From the NCBI GenBank assembly GCA_964541455.1, contig CAZIPS010000003.1, positions 2,663 to 66,662 on the forward strand: a stretch of DNA of 64,000 nucleotides. Direction: 5' to 3'. This DNA comes from an uncultured Candidatus Saccharibacteria bacterium (GTDB taxonomy: Bacteria; Patescibacteriota; Minisyncoccia; Phycocordibacterales; JAKFXT01). Below, in pieces: positions 30,200-39,464 of the stretch (position 1 is the first letter of the stretch; every line of letters starts with the position of its first letter). Position numbers and translations under genes: made by a program. Under the pieces are notes generated by a model. The model saw only the letters and a program-made list of their open reading frames with translations. It searched no databases and was not told the origin of the DNA.

Positions 30200-30832
30200 A
30201 TGAAAAAATTTCACCCACATCTTCCACGCCCTTCTGTGTTAGCGATATTTTTCGTTTCTTTTGTTCCTTTTGCTTCACTTTTTGCTGCAACTGGCGACTA
30301 CCAATTACTTGCCCCCCTTCCTTCTTTTGGTTCTTCATACAATCCAGGACTTTTTGTAAACTACGTCCAAACTTTTATTAAACTTTCAATCACTCTTTCA
30401 GCTATTTTAGCGGTTGCTTTTATCACTATAGGTGGCTTTCAGTGGATGGGGGGAGATTCAATGCAAATGAAGTCTGATGGTAGGAAAAAGATAGAAGATG
30501 CTGTACTTGGCCTTGTTATATTAGGAGCTTCTTTTCTTATTCTTAATACCATTAACCCTGCGCTTCTCAGCTTTAAACTAGAGGTTCCTACTCTCATTAC
30601 TGGAGACACGTCCAACCAAACACAAACAAGTTACCAAGTTGATGATCTAACTAATGTTGGTCAGCAAATTCAAAACCAAATGAATCAGAATCCAAACGCT
30701 TCACCAACAGTTCAAATACGAAGTGGGACAGCTGATGAACAAAGTAATATCAGTGCTCAATGTAAGGCAAATAAACCAGGGTCAATCGGTGCCATAAAAG
30801 ACCCTACAGGGAAGTTTTATACTTGTATGTAA
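30200..30832 (+). CDS. VirB2/TrbC-like pilin-family membrane protein
   Basis: YQLLAPLP; LAVAFITIGGFQWM...GRKKIEDAVLGLVILGASFLILNTINPALL. Confidence 0.7.
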   Translation: MKKFHPHLPRPSVLAIFFVSFVPFASLFAATGDYQLLAPLPSFGSSYNPGLFVNYVQTFIKLSITLSAILAVAFITIGGFQWMGGDSMQMKSDGRKKIEDAVLGLVILGASFLILNTINPALLSFKLEVPTLITGDTSNQTQTSYQVDDLTNVGQQIQNQMNQNPNASPTVQIRSGTADEQSNISAQCKANKPGSIGAIKDPTGKFYTCM

Positions 30833-30835
30833 TAT

Positions 30836-32116
30836 ATGTCTAAAACTACAGCTATTAGTATCGTTATTGGTTTCATTCTCCTTTTGGGTGGGGGGTTAGC
30901 TTATTGGTACTACACTATAGGTCCTAAAAATCCAAGTCAACAAAACCCCCAAACAAACACCGGGGGCAATAACCTTTTCCCGTTTGGGAACACTAATCAA
31001 TCAAATAATGGCACCACTTCAACAAGCACCAATCAAACTGTAGTGAGTAAAGAACCCTCTCCCCAAGTTCGTAAGGTGTCAGCTACCCCAATTGCCGGCT
31101 TTTCTCCTCTAAATGATAAAACGTTAGGGGCGTCAGTCCGCTATATGGAAGTTGAAACAGGCAACATCTATGAAGCCCCTCTCCAAGTACTTTCAACTCG
31201 ACGCATCAGTAACACCACTATTCCAAAAGTACGAAGTGTCCTTTGGCTTCCGCAAGCGAGAGCTTTTATTGCTCAATACCTTGGTGGCGATGATGAGACG
31301 ATCCAGAGTTTTTACGGTGATATTAACCCTCCACAGAACGAAGGACAGGAAGGTAACGTAACAGGGAAGTTTATGGATGATGGCATTACCGCACTTGCCT
31401 CACTTACCCCGTTTTCTGCGAGCACTACCCTTAAAAATCCTGGTAAAATTTTCTATCTTAAAAACACCACAAACGGTGCGGAGGGTTTCAGTGCCTTACA
31501 AAATGGTAGTAAACCAACTTCCGTATTTAACTCTCCACTTTCTGAATGGCTTCTTCTTAACAGTGGGGGAGACGCCCTTTTCCTTCAAACTAAGTCCTCC
31601 GCACTTGCTTCCTCGTATCTTTTTAGTCTAAACCCTTCAACAGGCGCTTTGAGTAAAGTGCTTGGAAACATTGTTGGCCTCTCTTCATTACCAAACCAAA
31701 AGGGGGATATGGTGCTTTATTCCGAAACACTAAACAAGAAACCTCTACTTCACCTCTACAATGTAGGTAAAAATACTTTCCAAACCATTCCTCTTAATAC
31801 CTTTGCTGACAAATGCGCATGGCTTGAAAGTACTACCACTAAAGCAACAAACTCCTCACGCATCTATTGTGGCGTTCCTTCTTTAATGCTTTCACAAGTC
31901 CTATACCCTGATAGTTGGTACCAAGGAAAGACAACTTTTAATGATGACATTTGGGAGATCAACCCAACAACACTTGAGTTAAACAAACTTGTTCCACTTG
32001 TTGATAGTGGGTCATACCTCGATGTTTGGAACCCTTCCTTAAGTAGCGATAGCGCCTATTTTATCTTTATAAACAAAAGGGATTTAACTTTGTGGAGTAT
32101 TAAGCTAAGGGGGTAG
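30836..32116 (+). CDS. Membrane-anchored beta-rich (possible propeller) hypothetical protein
   Basis: N-terminal TM, N/T-rich linker, beta-rich body. Confidence 0.75.
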   Translation: MSKTTAISIVIGFILLLGGGLAYWYYTIGPKNPSQQNPQTNTGGNNLFPFGNTNQSNNGTTSTSTNQTVVSKEPSPQVRKVSATPIAGFSPLNDKTLGASVRYMEVETGNIYEAPLQVLSTRRISNTTIPKVRSVLWLPQARAFIAQYLGGDDETIQSFYGDINPPQNEGQEGNVTGKFMDDGITALASLTPFSASTTLKNPGKIFYLKNTTNGAEGFSALQNGSKPTSVFNSPLSEWLLLNSGGDALFLQTKSSALASSYLFSLNPSTGALSKVLGNIVGLSSLPNQKGDMVLYSETLNKKPLLHLYNVGKNTFQTIPLNTFADKCAWLESTTTKATNSSRIYCGVPSLMLSQVLYPDSWYQGKTTFNDDIWEINPTTLELNKLVPLVDSGSYLDVWNPSLSSDSAYFIFINKRDLTLWSIKLRG

Positions 32117-32576
32117 GGGGTACACTTTCTTTTTTCCCATACACAATAACTACTCTTCTTGAGGGACCTTCTCCTCGTGATTCTGTGTAGAGTTGTGGGT
32201 GGCCTACAAAAAAATTGTGCACAAGAAGTCTTTCGTATGGGCCCATAGGCTCCATCTCTACTTCCTGTTTAAACGCAAGCACCTGCTCTCCTAGTAGTTT
32301 TGCGCTTTCTTTAATTCTTTCTTCTTCTTTTTCACGGTACTTATTAACATCAATACTTATACTTTCCTCAATCCCGGCTTTCTCTGCCATTCTTCGCACA
32401 AGGTGATTTATAGCTGAAAGTGTTGCCCCATTAGCCCCGATTAGTCTTTCTGGATCGCTACTTTTAATAGCAACCTTAAGAGAAGCTTCGGTTGCCACAA
32501 CATCTCCCACTTCAGTATCGAAGGGAATATACGAGAGAAACTTTTTTACTATATCTTTGAGTTTCTCTTCTTTCAT
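32100..32576 (-). CDS. jag: Jag/KhpB-like KH + R3H RNA-binding protein
   Basis: LIGANGATLSAI KH motif, ERLLVH R3H motif, SRGEGPSRRVVI; downstream of yidC. Confidence 0.88.
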   Translation of the reverse strand: MKEEKLKDIVKKFLSYIPFDTEVGDVVATEASLKVAIKSSDPERLIGANGATLSAINHLVRRMAEKAGIEESISIDVNKYREKEEERIKESAKLLGEQVLAFKQEVEMEPMGPYERLLVHNFFVGHPQLYTESRGEGPSRRVVIVYGKKESVPPTPLA

Positions 32577-32578
32577 AT

Positions 32579-33298
32579 CTATACTGCCTTTTTATGCTTA
32601 CGTAATGCCAATTCCTGTCCGATGGTAAAAATATTACTGACACAGAAATAGAGTGCTACCACCGAAGAAAGGCTGTGACTGATAAAAATAATAATCAAGG
32701 GAAATATGTACTTCATTTGAAGATTCATACTCCGCGCAAGGTCGTTTTTTAAAGAAACCTCGTTTGTTTGTGGAAGGGGAGGCATAGCAAGTTGCGCTTG
32801 GATAAACTGTGCTCCGCCAGCAATGAGGGCGAGTGTCCAGCTCTTTTCTGCCATATGGAACATAAGAAATTCCATAGAAACAGTGCCTGTTGGGAGATGT
32901 ATAAAACTATACAGATCAGCGGTGTGTATTGTTGGAAACCCTCCTTTATAGAAAATAAAGTAAAGCGCAAAAATAACCGGGAGTTGAATAAAAAGCGCAA
33001 GGATGCTTGAAAACGGGTTCACTCCCTCATCTTTATATACTTGCATAGTTGCAACAGCTGCAGCTTGCTTGTCGTTTTTGTACTTTTCGCGTATTGCTTC
33101 CAGTTTTGGCTCTATATCCCTCATTTTCATTTGAGTGATAAGTGCTTTTTTAGTTAGAGGAAAAAGGGCGAATTTAACTAGAAGGGTTGTTGCAATAACC
33201 GCAAGGGCTACTGAGTGGTTGGGGAGTATAGTAATTAAAAAAACAGCCACATTATAGATCGGCTGATAAAAAACTGTATGAAAAAATCCCCCGCTCAT
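32579..33298 (-). CDS. yidC: Membrane protein insertase YidC
   Basis: VKFALFPL, GVNPFSS...LFIQLPV; rnpA-yidC-jag synteny. Confidence 0.93.
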   Translation of the reverse strand: MSGGFFHTVFYQPIYNVAVFLITILPNHSVALAVIATTLLVKFALFPLTKKALITQMKMRDIEPKLEAIREKYKNDKQAAAVATMQVYKDEGVNPFSSILALFIQLPVIFALYFIFYKGGFPTIHTADLYSFIHLPTGTVSMEFLMFHMAEKSWTLALIAGGAQFIQAQLAMPPLPQTNEVSLKNDLARSMNLQMKYIFPLIIIFISHSLSSVVALYFCVSNIFTIGQELALRKHKKAV

Positions 33299-33322
33299 AA
33301 GGGATATTCTACCCTACTTTAG

Positions 33323-33664
33323 TTAGTTTAAAAGCCTTGCTTTAGCAAAAAGCATTTTTAGCTCGTTTTCTAACGCTTTATAGGGTATTTCAAGACCCTC
33401 TTTTTTTACAAAGACAATACCGGCTACGCTAGCCCTAAGTGAGGGGTAGAAACTTTGAATTATAGTGTATACACGCCTTTTCACTGTATTCCTTTTTGGT
33501 TTATTTCTAGTCACTTTTGCTGGGACCACTACTGAAAAACGGCTTATTTCGTGGGTTTTTAAGGGGTTTACCCTTAAAGAGAGGGTGGGGGAGGAAACAA
33601 AAAAACCCTCTCCAAAGTGTTTGGTGAAGGACTTTTTGTCTAGGCGCCTTGTTTTAGGCAACAT
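33323..33664 (-). CDS. rnpA: Ribonuclease P protein component
   Basis: MLPKTRRL, SRFSVVV, KRNTVKRR; follows rpmH. Confidence 0.9.
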   Translation of the reverse strand: MLPKTRRLDKKSFTKHFGEGFFVSSPTLSLRVNPLKTHEISRFSVVVPAKVTRNKPKRNTVKRRVYTIIQSFYPSLRASVAGIVFVKKEGLEIPYKALENELKMLFAKARLLN

Positions 33665-33670
33665 ACGTCT

Positions 33671-33805
33671 TTAGACACTTAGCTTCTTTCTTCCTTGGGC
33701 TCGGCGGCGGGCAAGCACTTTCTTACCCCCAGCAGTTGCACTACGGACCAAAAAACCATGTGTGGTGGCTCTTTTCTTCTTTTTTGGTTGATATGTTTTT
33801 GACAT
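33671..33805 (-). CDS. rpmH: 50S ribosomal protein L34
   Basis: Below the ORF-track cutoff. Manual translation: [44 protein letters not shown]. Confidence 0.96.
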   Translation of the reverse strand: MSKTYQPKKKKRATTHGFLVRSATAGGKKVLARRRAQGRKKLSV

Positions 33806-33974
33806 TGGGGTGTAGTATAGCCTATTCTCGCTCTTTTGGAAATAGCTTCGCTTTTTAAAAAGGTTTAATTACTTACCCACATGTTATACCCATATTTATC
33901 ACCATAACCCTCCTTTTCTGGTAAGTGTTGCAGTTTTCTAAGAAGAGTATAATAGGGGACACTAATATATTCTT

Positions 33975-35315
33975 ATGCTTGATAACAAACAATTGTGGGA
34001 AAGTGTTTTAACTGATATTGAGCAAAATGTTTCAAAGGCGACCTTTACTACTTGGTTTAAAGATACAGGAATAATGAAACAAGATGAGGGGGTGGTGTTC
34101 CTTTCAGTCCCTAACCAATTTGTAAAAGAGTGGCTTTATAATAAATACCATAAGACTATTTTAAAAAACCTTCGAGATTTAAACGAACAAGTCCGTAATA
34201 TTGAATATGTGGTTAACAAGGAACCACCTAAGATGGTCGAGACTATCCGAAAGGTCGACAACCCCACTAATGAGCTCCCCCTTGCTGACCATTATGTTAA
34301 TAAAGAAGATAATCTAAACCCTCGCTATACATTCGACTCTTTTGTTGTGGGATCTTTTAATGATATGGCCTTTGCCGCTGCTCAAGCGGTTATGAAAAAA
34401 CCTGGTATTGCGTACAACCCTCTTTTTATCTATGGAAATACTGGGCATGGGAAAACACACTTAATTCAAGCAATAGGGAATTATATTAAGCACGCTTCTC
34501 CAAACAATAAGGTGTACTATATTACTTCCGAAAATTTCTACCTTGGGCTTGTTAATGCAATGCAAGAAAACAAAATTCTTTTGTTTAAAGAAAAGTACCG
34601 TAAATACGATGTTTTTATTATGGATGACGTACAGTTTTTATCTAATAAAGAAAAAACTCAAGAAGAACTTTTTCATCTTTTTAACACCCTCTATGATAAT
34701 AATAAACAAATTATATTCTCTTCAGATAAACATATAAACCAAATCCCTAATTTAGAGGATAGAATTAAATCTCGCTTTGGAGCAGGGATGATTGTTGATA
34801 TTCAGGCCCCTGACTATGATTCTCGTGTCGCAATTATCAAAACAAAGTGTGCTGTACAAGGGATTCTTCTCCCTGAGGAAATAGTGTCTTACCTCGCTGC
34901 TTCTGATAACAGTATCCGTGAGTTAGAGGGGGCCTTAAACACCATTACCTACCAAATCCAACTTAAAAATAAAGTCCTTTCGTTAGCTGAGATAAAAAAC
35001 ATTATTAAAGAGACGAGTAAACCTAAAAAAATGTTTTCTGTTAAGGAAATCATAAAAACTATCGCTGATTTTTACGACATCCCTGAAACAAGTATTTACG
35101 AAAAAACAAGAAGAAAAGAAGTGGTAAAACCAAGGCAAATTATTATGTATATCTTAAGAGAAGATTTTAAGGTGTCATATCCAACTATCGGAGAAAAGTT
35201 GGGGGGAAGAGATCATACCACTGTTATCCACTCATGTGAAAAAATTAAACATGATATTAAAGAGGATCTTCAGTTAAGTGAGGAAATTGATCGGATTAAG
35301 ACATTATTAAAATAA
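33975..35315 (+). CDS. dnaA: Chromosomal replication initiator DnaA
   Basis: NPRYTFDSFVVG, YNPLFIYGNTGHGKTHL, GGRDHTTVIHS. Confidence 0.98.
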   Translation: MLDNKQLWESVLTDIEQNVSKATFTTWFKDTGIMKQDEGVVFLSVPNQFVKEWLYNKYHKTILKNLRDLNEQVRNIEYVVNKEPPKMVETIRKVDNPTNELPLADHYVNKEDNLNPRYTFDSFVVGSFNDMAFAAAQAVMKKPGIAYNPLFIYGNTGHGKTHLIQAIGNYIKHASPNNKVYYITSENFYLGLVNAMQENKILLFKEKYRKYDVFIMDDVQFLSNKEKTQEELFHLFNTLYDNNKQIIFSSDKHINQIPNLEDRIKSRFGAGMIVDIQAPDYDSRVAIIKTKCAVQGILLPEEIVSYLAASDNSIRELEGALNTITYQIQLKNKVLSLAEIKNIIKETSKPKKMFSVKEIIKTIADFYDIPETSIYEKTRRKEVVKPRQIIMYILREDFKVSYPTIGEKLGGRDHTTVIHSCEKIKHDIKEDLQLSEEIDRIKTLLK

Positions 35316-35507
35316 GTATGTGGAAAATATGTTGGTAATAACTGAAAAAGGTGAGGGAAAGTATGTAAGTTATCCAGTGATTAAAAAAAGCTAGAGGTAT
35401 ATTCCACAAAAAAGAATGGTAGTTATAAAAAAATATAAGATAAAAAACCTATATACCACCTACTATAATAACCTTATCCACTTATCCACTACGTAATTAT
35501 CTGTTGT
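35316..35507. other. Probable oriC (dnaA-dnaN intergenic region)
   Basis: AT-rich; DnaA-box-like 9-mers TGTGGAAAA 35319, TTATCCAGT 35370, TATTCCACA 35400, TTATCCACT 35474 and 35482; TTACCCACA at 33873 upstream of dnaA. Confidence 0.75.
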
Positions 35508-36602
35508 ATGAAATTTGAATGTAATAAAGAAAAACTACAAGAGTTAGTAGTTAAAATAGAAAAAACAACAAGTCGGAACGCAACACTTCCCATTCTTAGT
35601 TGTATTCTTTTGGTGGTTAAAGATAAAACACTTACACTTAAAGCCACTAATTTAGAAGTAGGAAGTGAGCTTATACTCCCTGTAAGGGTGGAAAAAGAAG
35701 GAGTGGTTGCAGTTTCTGGTTCTCTTTTTTCTCAAATCCTCTCCTCCTTAAAAACAAATAAAAACCTTACTATAGAAGAGAAGGATGGGGGGGTAGAAAT
35801 AAAAACAATAGAAACAACTGTTTTTTTAAAAACAAATCCTTATGAAGAGTTTCCGCTTATCCCTCGTATTGAGGCAGATAAAAAAATAGTTATAAAAGTT
35901 AAAGATATTATTCTTGGGATAAAAAGTGTGGTGTATAGTGCTTCTCTTTCTACTATTAAACCAGAACTTGGAAGCATCTATATTTACCAAGAAACAAATA
36001 CACTTATTTTTGTTGCAACAGACTCTTTTAGATTGGCAGAGAAAAAAATTGTTGTTAAAAATATAGAACAATTTCCTTCAATACTTATTCCCTACAAAAA
36101 TGCCTTAGAAATTGTAAGGCTTTTTGAAGGTGTTGATGAAGAGGTGGAGTTTTTAATCACTAAAAATCAAATTAGTCTCGAACATCAACATATATTTATT
36201 ACCTCAAGAGTTGTTGATGGAGTCTTTCCTGATTACACACAAATAATACCAAAAGAAAATATCGCCACAGCGTTAGTGTTAAAACAAGATATTATTAACG
36301 GTATTAAAAGTCTCTCAGTGTTTTCTGATAAGTTTAATCAAATTATTTTTACTCTTACAAAAGAGGGAATAGTGCTTGAAACGAAAAATAACGATATTGG
36401 AGAAGGAAAAACAGTAGTGGTGGGGAAAGTAACAGGAGAGATGGTTAAAGTTAAGTTTAATCAAAAATATATCACTGATGCTTTTTCTACACTAACCGAT
36501 GAATCAATCCTCCTTTCTTTTTCTGAAGAAAGAAAACCACTTGTTATAGAAGGTGCTTCAAATAAGAGCTTTAAGTATCTTGTTATGCCAATGAATAACT
36601 AA
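35508..36602 (+). CDS. dnaN: DNA polymerase III beta clamp
   Basis: LKATNLE, VATDSFRLAEK, FPDYTQIIP, YLVMPM. Confidence 0.96.
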   Translation: MKFECNKEKLQELVVKIEKTTSRNATLPILSCILLVVKDKTLTLKATNLEVGSELILPVRVEKEGVVAVSGSLFSQILSSLKTNKNLTIEEKDGGVEIKTIETTVFLKTNPYEEFPLIPRIEADKKIVIKVKDIILGIKSVVYSASLSTIKPELGSIYIYQETNTLIFVATDSFRLAEKKIVVKNIEQFPSILIPYKNALEIVRLFEGVDEEVEFLITKNQISLEHQHIFITSRVVDGVFPDYTQIIPKENIATALVLKQDIINGIKSLSVFSDKFNQIIFTLTKEGIVLETKNNDIGEGKTVVVGKVTGEMVKVKFNQKYITDAFSTLTDESILLSFSEERKPLVIEGASNKSFKYLVMPMNN

Positions 36603-36604
36603 AC

Positions 36605-36859
36605 ATGTTTGAAATTAAAGATATTATTGCCAGGTTTTCTTTAAAAATTTCTCCAGAAAGAAAGGTTAATCTCGCATTAAAAGATTATTTTAAAGAAAAA
36701 AATATTCCTTATACTGGCGTTGCTCCAAAAATCTCACAACAAACAGTGTTTATCCATGGGGATAGTTATACAAAAATGTATATACAAACATATCAAAAAG
36801 AGATACTCGCACTTATACAAAAAGTACTGCCAGAAAGTAACATACAAACGATTAAATAA
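36605..36859 (+). CDS. Small protein, possible DciA/DUF721-like
   Basis: 84 aa immediately after dnaN; pattern VFIHGDS..K..I...QKEIL..IQ...P...IQTI. Confidence 0.55.
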   Translation: MFEIKDIIARFSLKISPERKVNLALKDYFKEKNIPYTGVAPKISQQTVFIHGDSYTKMYIQTYQKEILALIQKVLPESNIQTIK

Positions 36860-36864
36860 AAAAC

Positions 36865-39369
36865 TTAACGTTTAAGGTCGATAAGGAGGGGAACTTCTTT
36901 TTCACTACTATCAAGAGAAGTATTATAACCAACTATTTTTAACGTATTACGCTCACCTACAAGACCAGTAATATTCCGAGGAAGAATAGAGAAATAAAAA
37001 GGTTTTTGCGAAAGGGATCCGTAAAATCGATTGTTTATATATACATCAACCTTACTTAAACCAACGCCATCAACAGAAAAAGAGAAAGCTTGCGAGTAGG
37101 GGTGAACCGCTGTTTCATCATACCCACTAAAAGAGATAGGCTCTTGATTTTGAGTAATTGGAGCATTATCAACCCCAACAGTTCCACCACTTACTAAACT
37201 ATGCTCATTGGCGTACTTAACAACAGCAGTTTCCCAGTAGTTAAACTGAGGATCAGAAGCGGGGTTTTGTGGACGGATGCCGCTTGTAGGGTTGTCTTTA
37301 TCAACCCAATAAAGAATAGAATGAATATTTGGAATAACAATTTCTTTTTGATCTTCTTGAGGTGTCCCTTCGGTTGCCCTTGCCCCTGTTCTTATATCTA
37401 TAGTATATGACTCACCTCCTTGCCATATACCACGAAGTACTGGAGGGAACTTGCTCTTATCTACTGGGTCTGGTTGCTTAAAACGCTCATTAGGAAGGTT
37501 TTGTAGTGCATAAGCCATATATTCGTGCCACATAGGAGCAACGACCTGGCCAGCAACTTTTTTCTGCATAGGCCTATTATTGTTATTTCCTGCCCAAGCC
37601 CCTGTGACGAAAGAGGGGGTATAACCGACTACCCAAGCATCACGATAATCGTTAGTAGTACCTGTCTTAACCGCCACCTGGTTTCCTGGGAAATAAAGGG
37701 CAGAGCGCTCCCCAAAAGTAGGAACACGAGCGTCATTATCAGAGAGCATATCTGAAATAGTACGCGCAATATTACTATCAATTGCCACACTATCCTGTTG
37801 CTCATACTCTTCAAGGGTAGTGTTACTGCTGTCAGTAACTTTTAATATACCAACATAGGGATTTTTAACCCCATCATTAGCAAAAGCTCCATAAGCATTA
37901 GTAAGCTCAAGAAGGGTAACCTCTCCACCCCCCAGTACGAGTGTAAGGCCATAACGATCTTTGTCAGTAAGGGTGGTAATCCCCATATCTTTTGCTGTTT
38001 GAAGTGCATTGTCTACTCCCGCAAGGTAAAGCACTTTAACCGCAACAACGTTTAAAGATTGTGCCAAGGCATCACGAAGGGTTACAGGGCCACGGAATAG
38101 GTTGTCGTAGTTGTTAGGACTGTAGCACACCGCATCAGGGCTAAGGGGCTTACTGTCGGGGCTACAGTAAGTAGAAAACTCCGTCTTAACATCAAAAAGC
38201 ACTGTTTCAGGGGTGTATCCTTTTTTAAAAGCAGTGGCATACACAAACGGTTTAAAAGAAGAACCAGGCTGCCTTTTAGCAAGAGTAATATTTACATTGC
38301 CATCAATAGTTTTGTCGAAGTAATCTCTGGAACCCACCATAGCAAGTATTTGTCCAGTTTTTGGGTCAATTGATACTAATCCGGCGTTTTCAGCATCAAA
38401 CTTTTCTTTGTTTGAAAGCGCATATTTTTTAACTATTTCTTCGGCTTTAGCTTGAAGTCCTGCATCAATAGTGGTGATGATTTTTAAACCATCTTCGTTA
38501 AGTGCCTGCTCACCGTACTTAGAAGCTAAATAGTCTCTAAGGTAGAAAACAAAATGAGGGGCGATCGATCCACTGTGGAGTGGGGGATAGAAAACTACAT
38601 TTTCGGCCATAGCTTTCGTATACTCATCCTCGGTGATATATCCCTGCTCCTTCATTTTAAGGAGAACCAAATTTTTCCTTTTATCAAGATCCCCCTTGTG
38701 TGTGCCGTAAGGAGAGTAGTAGGTAGGGGCTTGGGGGAGTGAAGCTAGGTACGCTGCTTCTGCAAGAGTAAGGTCGCGAGCATCTTTTTTAAAAAAAGTT
38801 TGTGAAGCCTCTTCAACACCATAAATATTCCCCCCATAGGGAGCGTCATTAAGGTAGATATTTAAAATCTCATCCTTTGAAAGCACCTGCTCAAGCTTGA
38901 TAGCAAGCACCCATTCTTTAAGTTTTCTAGAAATACTCTTGTCTTTAGTAAGAAGGGAGTTTTTAACCACTTGCTGGGTAATGGTAGACCCCCCTTGGCT
39001 ATACCCAAGAGAGGTAACGTTGGCAAAAATAGCACGAATAATGGAGGTTGGCTTAATACCGTGGTGTTGGTAAAACTCAGCGTCCTCTATAGCAATAGCT
39101 GCCTTTTTAACAAAAGGGGAGATTTGGTTAAAGGGAAGCTCGGTGCGAGCAACATCTTGATGAAGGTTAAAAAGCTCAACTGTCCCTGTACGATCATAAA
39201 ACTTAGCAGCAGCAGAGACAACGCGGTCATTAAAAGAGGTAACATCAGGGAGTTTAAGGGTTGAGGCCCAAAGGAGAAAAGCCCCACTGCAAAAAAGGAT
39301 AAGACTAAAAGCGATAAGGAAAAAGTGGATTTTCCTAACCCTTTTTTTGTGTGGGTGGGAGCCCTTCAT
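36865..39369 (-). CDS. Class A penicillin-binding protein (PBP1A family)
   Basis: Transglycosylase motifs EDAEFYQHHG and GGSTITQQ; transpeptidase motifs RQPGSSFKP, SLN, KTGT; start moved to ATG 39369. Confidence 0.95.
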   Translation of the reverse strand: MKGSHPHKKRVRKIHFFLIAFSLILFCSGAFLLWASTLKLPDVTSFNDRVVSAAAKFYDRTGTVELFNLHQDVARTELPFNQISPFVKKAAIAIEDAEFYQHHGIKPTSIIRAIFANVTSLGYSQGGSTITQQVVKNSLLTKDKSISRKLKEWVLAIKLEQVLSKDEILNIYLNDAPYGGNIYGVEEASQTFFKKDARDLTLAEAAYLASLPQAPTYYSPYGTHKGDLDKRKNLVLLKMKEQGYITEDEYTKAMAENVVFYPPLHSGSIAPHFVFYLRDYLASKYGEQALNEDGLKIITTIDAGLQAKAEEIVKKYALSNKEKFDAENAGLVSIDPKTGQILAMVGSRDYFDKTIDGNVNITLAKRQPGSSFKPFVYATAFKKGYTPETVLFDVKTEFSTYCSPDSKPLSPDAVCYSPNNYDNLFRGPVTLRDALAQSLNVVAVKVLYLAGVDNALQTAKDMGITTLTDKDRYGLTLVLGGGEVTLLELTNAYGAFANDGVKNPYVGILKVTDSSNTTLEEYEQQDSVAIDSNIARTISDMLSDNDARVPTFGERSALYFPGNQVAVKTGTTNDYRDAWVVGYTPSFVTGAWAGNNNNRPMQKKVAGQVVAPMWHEYMAYALQNLPNERFKQPDPVDKSKFPPVLRGIWQGGESYTIDIRTGARATEGTPQEDQKEIVIPNIHSILYWVDKDNPTSGIRPQNPASDPQFNYWETAVVKYANEHSLVSGGTVGVDNAPITQNQEPISFSGYDETAVHPYSQAFSFSVDGVGLSKVDVYINNRFYGSLSQKPFYFSILPRNITGLVGERNTLKIVGYNTSLDSSEKEVPLLIDLKR

Positions 39370-39464
39370 ATCTACGTATCCTAACAAAAAATAAGTGTTC
39401 AAAGTAGGGGAAACCAGAAAAAGAAGTGGGTAGCAAAAACAAAGCACTGTGCTAAAGTACTAGT

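Noticed and set aside
35508-36859. Very AT-rich dnaN region as horizontally acquired DNA
   Set aside because: It encodes core replication genes in canonical synteny. AT richness around the origin is a sufficient explanation.
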